Source: Bacillota bacterium
GTDB lineage: Bacteria; Armatimonadota; Hebobacteria; Hebobacterales; Hebobacteraceae
NCBI GenBank assembly: GCA_030597345.1
Contig: JAUVSA010000001.1
Coordinates: forward strand, 1 to 30,949
Length of the DNA: 30,949 bases
Direction of reading: 5' to 3'
Positions 7,675 to 15,498 of this stretch are shown piece by piece. Numbering within the stretch: position 1 is the stretch's first letter; each line of letters starts with the position of its first letter. Below the pieces are notes generated by a model. That model was not told the DNA's origin and searched no databases. It worked only from the letters and a program-made list of their open reading frames with translations. A program made the position numbers and the translations under genes.

Positions 7675-9624
7675 CTACAGCCCCCAGAAGCTGTAGGTCG
7701 GGACGTCGAAGATAAGGCCGACGATGGGCCAGCCGCAGCCGACGACAGTCTCCCCCAGGATCAGGCCGAAGAAGAGCGGCAGCGCGCGGCGGTAGAGCCG
7801 GAGGCCGCCGTAGCGGAGGATGATGAGCTTCGCAAGCCAGGCGATGAGCATGGGCATCCATACCAGGTGGATGGACCAACTGGCGGAGAGCGCGTAGGCC
7901 ACTGGGTGGAACGGCCAGCCAACATAGGCGGTGCGGGTGGCGGCGAGCAGCATGGTGATGGCAAAGCCAACTCCCACCGCGAGCAGTGATCCGAAGCTCG
8001 CATCCGTGGGGCTCTCTATCCAGGAGTTAAGCATGTTACATATCTCGTTGCCGCGCGAGAGACCCCCTGTCCACTTCGAGGCCACCCCCAAGCTGTAGCC
8101 GTAGTGCAGATAGCCCCAGAACACAGCGAGCGCGCCCAGCACGGTGGCGACGAGCAAGGCCGCCACCACTGCGCGGCTGGGGGAGCGCGTCTGGGCCGCC
8201 ATTTGAACTCCCTCGATGGAGTTACCGATGGGATGGGAGCGATAGGCGCGGTTGAACCACCAGAGAAGGCCGAGCACGCCGAGGTCCTGGGTTCGCAGGT
8301 TCATCGTTCCGCCGACAGAGGTGATCATGTAGCTGGGGCCGGCCAGGTGGAAGTCGTGCACCGGGGAGCCGAACTCGGCCCGCACGCGGGCGACCGCGAT
8401 GGCGACGATGTAGAAGATCACGAAGAACAGGACCGCCAGACCAGGCGCCAAGCCGGCGTACGTGCAGAAGGCGGCCAGCGCGGCGATGCCAAGCACGATG
8501 CCAATCCCGGCCGTGCGGTAGCTCATGCCTTCGGCCGAGTCGTCCACCTCCGAGGGGCGGCCGATCATTCGGCGCCAGACCTGACGGAAGTACCCCCTGC
8601 CCACCAGCAGCGGCGCAATGGCGACGGCGAGGTAGCCGCCGAACATCTGCTGGTCCTTGTAGGGGAAGACGAACTTGGAGGCTTCGGTGTACCCCTGGCT
8701 CACACCTATGGCCGCGGCGAGGACGAACATCGCCTTCCACCAGAAGAAGAAGAAAACGCAGGCGAAGAGCAGGTCGAGCGGCATGAGAAAGCAGATGCCA
8801 ATCACCGCGGGATAGAAGGTGACGGGGAGCCAGCCGATGCCCGCCCAGGGCATGTCGGTGATGTAGTTCATGAGGTCGTTCGAGCCGTAGCTGTCGAGGG
8901 TGGGCGCGATGGAGAGATAGGGCGCCGTCGGATAGAGATAGTGCAGCCCGTTCACTAGGTCAATGGCGCCCGCCGCCGCGAAGCCGATCCAGAGATAGGG
9001 ATTGCGCCACAGCCGGGTGTCGGGATCAGTCAGGGCCAGGGGGAGCTGGATGATCGGGAAGGTGAGCCGCTCCCGGTCCGCCCACTGGGAGCGCACGATA
9101 ACCGAGATGCACACCAACACCAGGACCAGGACGAAGATGAAACCTGTCCACCACAGGCCCGGAATCAGCCAGGCTCGCATGATCGAGGCTTGATACAGAG
9201 TGGAGGAGCCGTTGTAATACCCATACAGCACATCGAGGTCCGAGACCACAAGCCAGGGAGGCACGTTCGAGAACAACTGGTCCCATCGGTTCTCCGGGGT
9301 GGCGAACCAGAATCCGTGCGTCATCGCCGGCAGCAGCACCTGCATCCCATCCAGCCCGGCCAACGACGTGCTGGTGGTGAGCATCACGTAGACCACTATC
9401 AGCTCGGCGCGGTTGAGTGACCACTGTGGGCGCAAGCGCCGGACGGCAGCGTTTGCCAGCGCGACGAAGAAGAGAATGAAGATCACGTTGAAGAACAGCG
9501 AGATGGTGGAGCAGATGGGGCCATCCTGGCGGATGCACTCCATGTACAGCACCCAGAGCGCGTTGAGCGGCAGCAGGACGATCCCGAGTAAGAATCCGCG
9601 CCAGACGCGCGTCTGGCGGATCAC
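7675..9624 (-). CDS. Large polytopic membrane protein, DUF6785/DUF6784-like (putative transporter)
   Basis: About 649 aa with many hydrophobic segments; ELIVVYVM, ERLTFPIIQLP, WPFHPVAY, YRRALPLFFGLILGE motifs typical of this family; GGAGG RBS precedes GTG at 9624 (ORF track extends to 9765). Confidence 0.7.
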   Translation of the reverse strand: MIRQTRVWRGFLLGIVLLPLNALWVLYMECIRQDGPICSTISLFFNVIFILFFVALANAAVRRLRPQWSLNRAELIVVYVMLTTSTSLAGLDGMQVLLPAMTHGFWFATPENRWDQLFSNVPPWLVVSDLDVLYGYYNGSSTLYQASIMRAWLIPGLWWTGFIFVLVLVLVCISVIVRSQWADRERLTFPIIQLPLALTDPDTRLWRNPYLWIGFAAAGAIDLVNGLHYLYPTAPYLSIAPTLDSYGSNDLMNYITDMPWAGIGWLPVTFYPAVIGICFLMPLDLLFACVFFFFWWKAMFVLAAAIGVSQGYTEASKFVFPYKDQQMFGGYLAVAIAPLLVGRGYFRQVWRRMIGRPSEVDDSAEGMSYRTAGIGIVLGIAALAAFCTYAGLAPGLAVLFFVIFYIVAIAVARVRAEFGSPVHDFHLAGPSYMITSVGGTMNLRTQDLGVLGLLWWFNRAYRSHPIGNSIEGVQMAAQTRSPSRAVVAALLVATVLGALAVFWGYLHYGYSLGVASKWTGGLSRGNEICNMLNSWIESPTDASFGSLLAVGVGFAITMLLAATRTAYVGWPFHPVAYALSASWSIHLVWMPMLIAWLAKLIILRYGGLRLYRRALPLFFGLILGETVVGCGWPIVGLIFDVPTYSFWGL

Positions 9625-9862
9625 GACATCTCGCCTCCACCCGCCGGAAGGGACCGGTCTGAAGCCTCGCCGTAGGTCCTCGGGGGTCCACCATGCTTCG
9701 GTGCTTCCGAAGGCATTCCTGCAGGCACAAGTAGCGATGCCGGTGTGGGTAGAGCAATGCGTCATCAGCCAGCGAAGTTAGTGACGCGCAAGTCGTGTGC
9801 ACTGCAAAAGGGATTCTTCGCGTGGCCCACCGAATAGAACGTGTTCGGGAGGCAAGGCTAAC

Positions 9863-11164
9863 ATGATGATTCGCGCCGACGATAGCTCAGTTCGCAGGCA
9901 GGCGGAGCGACTCGGCCTGCCTCTGGCCGATGCGGTGCTGCGCGCGCTGCGACAGGGCTTCGCTGAGAAGGGAGTTGTGCCCACCATCCTCGCCATCTGC
10001 CCGAACTCGGAGGCGGTCGTGAAGGCATCGATGCTGGCGGCGCGGCAGGCGGAGGCGCCGCTCTTCTTCGCGGCGACGCTGAATCAGGTTGACCTCGATG
10101 GCGGGTACACGGGCTGGACACAGCAGCAGTTCGTGAGCCTGGTGCGGGATGAGGCGCAGAAGGCGAGCTACGAAGGGCCGATTGTGGTGGGCCTGGACCA
10201 CGGAGGGCCCTGGCTGAAGGACGTCCAGGCGCGGGAGCAGTGGCCGCTGGAGCAGGCAATGCAAGGCGTGAAGGATTCGCTGGCGGCTTGCCTCGACGCG
10301 GGGTACGATCTGCTGCACGTTGACCCGACGGTGGATCGCACGCTGCGTAAGGACCAGCCGATGCCGATCAAGCTGGTGATCGAGCGAACGCTGGAGCTGA
10401 TTCAGTTCGCGGAGGCCCATCGGCTCGAGAAGGGGCTGCCTCGGGTGAGCTACGAGGTGGGGACGGAGGAGGTGCATGGAGGGCTGGCGGACGCGAGCGT
10501 CTTCCGCCGGTTTCTCGACGGGCTGAAGAATGGGTTGGCGCCTCCCGCGCCGGAGGGGGTGTGGCCCTGCTTCGTCGTGGGAAAGGTGGGGACCGATCTG
10601 CACACGGCCGAGTTCGACCCGGAGGTGGCGGGCAAGCTCGCAGAGGTCGCGGCTCGCTACGGGTCCGCAATCAAGGGACACTACACGGACTCGGTGTCGA
10701 ACCCGGAGGCCTATCCGAAGGCGGGGATGGGGGGCGCGAACGTGGGGCCAGAGTTCACGGAGGCGGAATACGAGGGCTTGGAGGAGCTGGTCGCGCGGGA
10801 GAAGGAGCTGGCGGCCGCGGGGAAGGTGGCGGAAACCTCGGGGATGATGGAGGCCTTGCGAGAGGCGGTGGTAGCGAGTGCGCGGTGGGAGAAGTGGCGA
10901 CGGCCGGAGGAGGAGCGAAGGCCGTTCGACCAGCTTTCGCCGGAGCGGCAGGGGTGGTTGGTGCGGACGGGGTGCCGGTATATCTGGGCACAGCCGCCGG
11001 TTGTTGCTGCACGCAAGAAACTGTATGCGAATCTCGAAGCTGCCGGGGCAGGGGGAGAAGCCGCGGTCGTCCAGTCCATTGCGGATGTGATGCGGAAGTA
11101 CTTCCGGGCGTTTCGGCTGGAAGGGACGTTGCGGCGGATTGAGGAGGCGGTGGGGAAGCTGTAG
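9863..11164 (+). CDS. GatZ/KbaZ family protein (tagatose-bisphosphate aldolase non-catalytic subunit / tagatose-6-phosphate 4-epimerase-like)
   Basis: LAICPNS, AATLNQVDLDGGYTG, GLDHGGP, LLHVDP, YEVGTEEVHGG, ANVGPE motifs; ATG at 9863 after GGAGG. Confidence 0.85.
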   Translation: MMIRADDSSVRRQAERLGLPLADAVLRALRQGFAEKGVVPTILAICPNSEAVVKASMLAARQAEAPLFFAATLNQVDLDGGYTGWTQQQFVSLVRDEAQKASYEGPIVVGLDHGGPWLKDVQAREQWPLEQAMQGVKDSLAACLDAGYDLLHVDPTVDRTLRKDQPMPIKLVIERTLELIQFAEAHRLEKGLPRVSYEVGTEEVHGGLADASVFRRFLDGLKNGLAPPAPEGVWPCFVVGKVGTDLHTAEFDPEVAGKLAEVAARYGSAIKGHYTDSVSNPEAYPKAGMGGANVGPEFTEAEYEGLEELVAREKELAAAGKVAETSGMMEALREAVVASARWEKWRRPEEERRPFDQLSPERQGWLVRTGCRYIWAQPPVVAARKKLYANLEAAGAGGEAAVVQSIADVMRKYFRAFRLEGTLRRIEEAVGKL

Positions 11165-11357
11165 CGATGGCGGTCTCGGTGGAGGGCCGACAGGACCGGG
11201 CTCGCGCCTTGCAGGGCTGAGATCATACCGCGGCAAACCTGGACTAGTCGAGGAGGCCCGGGCGCAGTTGTGGCCTGCTCCCGGCAGTTGTTCTGCGCCC
11301 TACTTGACGCTCACATCAAGATCCTGCCGGCGCGTATTGGGACAGGCGAGGTACAGT

Positions 11358-12266
11358 GTGAACGATCTTCCGGCCCTGGCAGAGATGCGACCGCTGAACC
11401 TCAAGGACCGAGGGGCCCTAACAGCCATCTTCTCCGAGCTACAGCCCGACCAGTCCGAGTTCACCTTCACGAATCTCTACATCTGGCGGGATGCTTATCA
11501 GATCCAGATGCTGGCCGCTGACGACGCGCTCGTCCTCTTCTCGCTACGGGCCGACCCGGAAGACTCATTTCTACTGCCGCCACTTGGCGCGGGAGCGAAT
11601 GTGGAGGTCGTGCGGAACTGTCTGGAACACATGGCAGCGGCCGGACACAACCCGCGCATGGCGCGGGCGACCCGCAGGGACCTAGCGCGTCTGAGTATAG
11701 GAGAAGATGAGTTCGCCATCCAACCCGACCGCGACCACTGGGACTACGTGTACCTGGTGCAAGACCTGATTGACCTGCGAGGTAACCGCTACCATCGCAA
11801 ACGCAATCACGTCGAGCAGTTCACGAGCAAGTACGAGTTTCGCTACCTGCCGCTCGAACCGGATCTGGTCACGCAGTGCGCGGAGCTTCAAGATCGCTGG
11901 TGCGATGAGAAGCACTGCGACATGGTGGCGACACTCAGGGCGGAGGGCCGGGCGATCAAGCAGGTGCTGGCGAGCCTGCAGGCGCTTGAGGTCACGGGCG
12001 GCTGCATCGCGGTTGACGGGCGGGTCGAGGAGTTCGCGCTCGGCGAGCTCCTCAACCCGGAGACCGTTGTCATCCACATAGAGAAGGCGAACGCGGCGTA
12101 CCACGGACTCTATCAGGTCATCAATCAGCAATTCCTGGAGCAGAAGTGGCCGCAAGTGCGGTATGTAAACCGCGAGCAGGACCTAGGCGTCCCGGGTCTG
12201 AGGCGGGCGAAAGAATCGTATCATCCTCACCACATGGTGGAGAAGTTCACGGTGAAGCTGCGATGA
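11358..12266 (+). CDS. DUF2156 domain protein (stand-alone phosphatidylglycerol lysyltransferase C-terminal-like, tandem GNAT)
   Basis: SEFTFTNLYIW, DYVY...DL..LRGNRYHRKRNH, HIEKAN, GLYQVINQQF, VNREQDLGVPGLRRAKESYHP; GTG start at 11358 chosen over the ORF-track start. Confidence 0.85.
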   Translation: MNDLPALAEMRPLNLKDRGALTAIFSELQPDQSEFTFTNLYIWRDAYQIQMLAADDALVLFSLRADPEDSFLLPPLGAGANVEVVRNCLEHMAAAGHNPRMARATRRDLARLSIGEDEFAIQPDRDHWDYVYLVQDLIDLRGNRYHRKRNHVEQFTSKYEFRYLPLEPDLVTQCAELQDRWCDEKHCDMVATLRAEGRAIKQVLASLQALEVTGGCIAVDGRVEEFALGELLNPETVVIHIEKANAAYHGLYQVINQQFLEQKWPQVRYVNREQDLGVPGLRRAKESYHPHHMVEKFTVKLR

Positions 12267-13126
12267 GGAACGGCAGGGGGCTGTTTACGGCGGTCCTCGT
12301 GATGGCGCTGTGGGCGGCCGCGCGCGTTGCCGCCGCGCCCGAGATCACATTCGTTCCGGAGAACCCGCGCGTGGGAGATGTAGTTTTCATCACCCTGCGC
12401 CCCGAAGAGGGGTTGCTCCGGGCGGCGTGTTCCTGGGGGGGCAAGTCGTATCCGTTTCTCGCGACTGGCGATCTATTCGCGTTGGCGCTCCCGGTCTCGC
12501 TGAGAAGCACGTCCGGCGCGCACCGCGCCACGGTTTACTGGAAGTACATCGGAGGCGGGATGGGTAAGGCGACCGTGTCGATACAGGTGGAGGCGCGGGA
12601 TTTCGGCGTTCAGCACCTCCAGCTTTCGCGGAAGCAAGAGAAGACCTACTCTGACCCGGAAGTCAAACGCGAACGGCGCCTGATCGCCAGCGCCCTGGAC
12701 CGCGTGGGGCAGGAGCGATGGTGGCAGGAGAGCTTTCTGATGCCGGTTGAGGGGAGAATCAGCACTGGATTCGGTCTGCAACGATACATCAATAACCGGC
12801 TGTCCTATCGCCACCGCGGCCTCGATATCGCCGCCCCGGAAGGCACTCCTGTGCGCGCCGCGGCCGACGGGGTGGTTTCTCTCGCAGACGATTCGTTCGT
12901 GCTCCACGGGCAGACGGTCATTGTCGACCACGGACACGGGATCTCAACACTCTACATCCACCTGTCCCAGCTTGCCGTGGGGGATGGCGAGAGGGTTAGG
13001 CGCGGGCAGACGATCGGACGGGTTGGGGCAACGGGGGTAGCAACCGGACCTCACCTTCACTTCGCAGTCTACGCCTATCACGAGGCAGTCGATCCGCTGT
13101 TCTGGACGCACCTGCCTGCCCGCTGA
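12263..13126 (+). CDS. Secreted M23 family metallopeptidase
   Basis: HRGLDIA (HxxxD) and TGPHLHF (HxH) zinc ligands; DHGHG..TLYIHL; N-terminal signal peptide MRNGRGLFTAVLVMALWAAARVAAA; ATGA overlap with the DUF2156 stop. Confidence 0.92.
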   Translation: MRNGRGLFTAVLVMALWAAARVAAAPEITFVPENPRVGDVVFITLRPEEGLLRAACSWGGKSYPFLATGDLFALALPVSLRSTSGAHRATVYWKYIGGGMGKATVSIQVEARDFGVQHLQLSRKQEKTYSDPEVKRERRLIASALDRVGQERWWQESFLMPVEGRISTGFGLQRYINNRLSYRHRGLDIAAPEGTPVRAAADGVVSLADDSFVLHGQTVIVDHGHGISTLYIHLSQLAVGDGERVRRGQTIGRVGATGVATGPHLHFAVYAYHEAVDPLFWTHLPAR

Positions 13127-13130
13127 GCAA

Positions 13131-13173
13131 CAAAAAGCAACCGGGCGAGGACACTTGCTCGGCCTCGCCCGGT
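13131..13173 (-). terminator. Intrinsic terminator of the lysine-rich gene (possibly bidirectional with the M23 gene)
   Basis: 11-bp stem ACCGGGCGAGG (13140-13150) / CCTCGCCCGGT (13163-13173), followed on the minus strand by TGCTTTTTG. Confidence 0.75.
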
Positions 13174-13233
13174 CTACAACTTACCTCCGACGCAGGACTC
13201 CGCGGTGCCCTCCGTCTGAGAGCCTACTCGTTG

Positions 13234-13413
13234 CTATCGCTTCTTCTTCTTGGCCTTTTTCTTGGCCTTCTTCTTCGCGACCTTTTTCTTTGCGACCTTC
13301 TTCTTCTTCGCCTTCTTCACGATCTTCTTCTTTGCGACCTTCTTCTTCTTCGCCTTCTTCACGATCTTCTTCTTTGCGACCTTCTTCTTCTTCGCCTTCT
13401 TCTTCGCCGGCAA
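13234..13413 (-). CDS. Histone H1-like / Hc2-like lysine-rich small basic protein (59 aa)
   Basis: TTG start at 13413 preceded by AAAGGGGGG SD-like run; MPAKKKAKKKKVAKKKIVKKAKKKKVAKKKIVKKAKKKKVAKKKVAKKKAKKKAKKKKR; 38/59 Lys, no acidic residues; upstream promoter and downstream terminator. Confidence 0.75.
   Translation of the reverse strand: MPAKKKAKKKKVAKKKIVKKAKKKKVAKKKIVKKAKKKKVAKKKVAKKKAKKKAKKKKR
13286..13402. repeat. Perfect 42-bp tandem repeat (about 2.8 copies) encoding KKAKKKKVAKKKIV
   Basis: TTCTTTGCGAC recurs at 13286, 13328 and 13370; identity continues to 13402. Confidence 0.9.
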
Positions 13414-13563
13414 CTTTCGTGCCCCCCTTTCTGCGCGCCGCGGATGCAGTTTGTTCCGCATCGCCTTCGCCCGGGCTAAGACCCACTTGGCGCGGCACGT
13501 TCATTAGTGGCCGAACCGCCTCTTGGCCACGGTCGCGCGCGTCCGCGCGACACTTGCTGTGCG

Positions 13564-13592
13564 AGTATGCCACACTACGCTCGCGTTGTCGA
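13564..13592 (-). promoter_or_regulatory. Putative sigma70 promoter of the lysine-rich gene
   Basis: Minus strand TCGACA-17 bp-CATACT with an extended -10 TG. Confidence 0.5.
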
Positions 13593-13977
13593 ACACGCAT
13601 TACAGAAAAGATCAGTGCGCGAAACGCGCGGCGAAGAGATCAACGCGAAACTCCCTCCCGCGTCACGAAGATGTGAGTTGCTCTTTGTCGGTGGCCGCGG
13701 GAGTTCTCGTCGCTCGGCAAGCCGCGGCCGAGAAGTGTGCGGTCATCGGACTTTCCAAATCGTACTGAGCGCGCGACCCTCCCCGGCACCGCTTGTCGGG
13801 AACTGCGCCATCGGGGTTACGCCCGCGCTCGCGGGGGCCCGAAGCGGAGAAGTGTGCGATGTGTGTGCTTGCTCCACGCGCATTCGGTAGATCGGCAGGC
13901 GCCAGCACGACCTGGGGGGAAGGCAGCCGCGCCTGGCGAACCGGGTGAACAGAATATCCTGCGAGGAGGTTGCAGCT

Positions 13978-14727
13978 ATGAGTTGTAGTGAAGGCAAGCC
14001 TGACCCGTTCGGAGTGCGGAAGCTCTACAAGTACCTCCGGGTAGTGGATGTCTGTGACGCACTGGACGGCATTGGTTACTTCGACCTGACGCTGATGAGC
14101 CCCGAGATCCGGCCCCTCTGGTTGGGGATGAAGTTCTGGGGCGTGGCGGCCACCATGCGGTGCGTCCCTCCGAATCGCCCGATGTGGAAGCTGAAGACAA
14201 GCGAGGAGATCGGCGACGCGCACGGGCTCTGGTTCAAGGAAGTGGGCAATGTCGGCATAGGCGAGGTGCTGCAGCCGGGCCACGTGCTCGTGACCAGCAC
14301 CGGGGGAGCGAAGGAGGTGGGCTTCTGGGGATCGGCAAACAGCATGGGGATAATGGCGGCAGGGGCAGTAGGCATCGTGACCGACGGATACGCACGAGAC
14401 ACCGCAGAGCTTACCCTGCAGAAGACCCCCGTCTGCGCGCGTGCGCGAGGTCGCACCATCATTCCGGGACGCATAGAGGTGGTCGAGGTCCAGGCGACCA
14501 TCGGGTGCGGTGGGGCGCAGGTACGACCCGGCGACATCGTCGGTTGTGACGATGACGGCGTTGTCGTCGTTCCGCTAGAGGTCGCGGAGGAGGTGGCCGT
14601 GCACGCGCGTGCGGTCCTGCTCAACGATATGCGAGACCGGCGCGAGCTCTACAAGCAGGCCGGGCTCAACCCAGATCCTACTGTAGACTACGAGGCAGTG
14701 CAGGACTACTACCGACAGTTCCAGTGA
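13978..14727 (+). CDS. RraA family protein (HMG/CHA aldolase-like)
   Basis: VDVCDALD, FWGSANS, GIVTDGYARD, VRPGDIVGCDDDGVVVVP; AGGAGG RBS before ATG 13978. Confidence 0.85.
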   Translation: MSCSEGKPDPFGVRKLYKYLRVVDVCDALDGIGYFDLTLMSPEIRPLWLGMKFWGVAATMRCVPPNRPMWKLKTSEEIGDAHGLWFKEVGNVGIGEVLQPGHVLVTSTGGAKEVGFWGSANSMGIMAAGAVGIVTDGYARDTAELTLQKTPVCARARGRTIIPGRIEVVEVQATIGCGGAQVRPGDIVGCDDDGVVVVPLEVAEEVAVHARAVLLNDMRDRRELYKQAGLNPDPTVDYEAVQDYYRQFQ

Positions 14728-14798
14728 AGGGCAGACGCGTGAAGGGCAGACACGGCCCGCCCTGGGCGAGCCGAAGGACCGCGGCGAGTCCCCCCGTG

Positions 14799-15446
14799 CT
14801 AGCCAGGCCCAGCCGTCCCGCTCGGGTAGATAATCACAGACCGGTGCGGGTCCTCGCCCTCACTACGGGTTGAGACATCAGGATCGTCGGCGAGTGCAAC
14901 GTGGACGATTCGTCTTTCCCGGGGCGAGAGTGAGTCCAGCGTAACCGAGCGGCCGCTCCGTTTGGCCTGCTGTGCGGCGCTGCGGGCAGTGCTGTTAAGG
15001 GCGCGCTCGCGCCGGGCGCGGTAGCCTTCCGCATCGAGGACGATCCGCCTGCGTGTGTCCGCCGGCTGGCCGCGGTTGGCTATCATTGCAGCCAGCAACT
15101 GAAGCGCGGCCAGAGTCTGGCCGCGCTTGCCGATGAGCAGACCCAGGTCGGAGCTGCTGTGTATGTCTATGTAGACAGCGTCGGGCTCGTCGTCGGTGAT
15201 CTCGGCCTGGACGTCTATGCCCATCAAGGCCACGATCTCCGTAACAATGCCCAGCGCGCGCTCGGCCAGTCCTGGCTTGGGGGTGACCCGGACCTTGGCC
15301 TCAGAGTGGCCAAGAATGCCCAGGATACCGCGGCTCTCCTGAGCCAGCACTTCCACCTCAACTTCGTCCCGAGACGCTCCCAGCGCCTCCAGTGCGGCCA
15401 GTACAGCGTCATCGACAGTCCGGCCCGTTTGCTCGATAGATTCCAT
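14799..15446 (-). CDS. jag: RNA-binding protein Jag/EloR/KhpB (Jag-N, KH, R3H)
   Basis: EQTGRTVDDAV..AL..LG, GILGILG..EAKV, KH GLLIGKRGQTL, IVLDAEGYR, R3H RERRIVH, SEGEDPHRSV; follows yidC. Confidence 0.95.
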   Translation of the reverse strand: MESIEQTGRTVDDAVLAALEALGASRDEVEVEVLAQESRGILGILGHSEAKVRVTPKPGLAERALGIVTEIVALMGIDVQAEITDDEPDAVYIDIHSSSDLGLLIGKRGQTLAALQLLAAMIANRGQPADTRRRIVLDAEGYRARRERALNSTARSAAQQAKRSGRSVTLDSLSPRERRIVHVALADDPDVSTRSEGEDPHRSVIIYPSGTAGPG

Positions 15447-15498
15447 GCGGATTGCCTCCAAGCACCCCAAGACCCGAGGCGAGAGTGACACGGCTCTG

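Noticed and set aside
9837-9846. GAAC-GT-GTTC as a LexA (Cheo) box
   Set aside because: Spacer is 2 bp rather than 4 and the flanking genes are not SOS-type.
13286-13402. 42-bp repeats as a CRISPR array
   Set aside because: Head-to-tail repeats with no unique spacers, in-frame coding, and no cas genes.
13181-13600. Glu/Gly/Arg-rich alternative frame and Phe- or Leu-rich opposite-strand ORFs over the 42-bp repeat
   Set aside because: By-products of the AAG-rich repeat; only the Lys frame has an SD-linked start and resembles known protein types.
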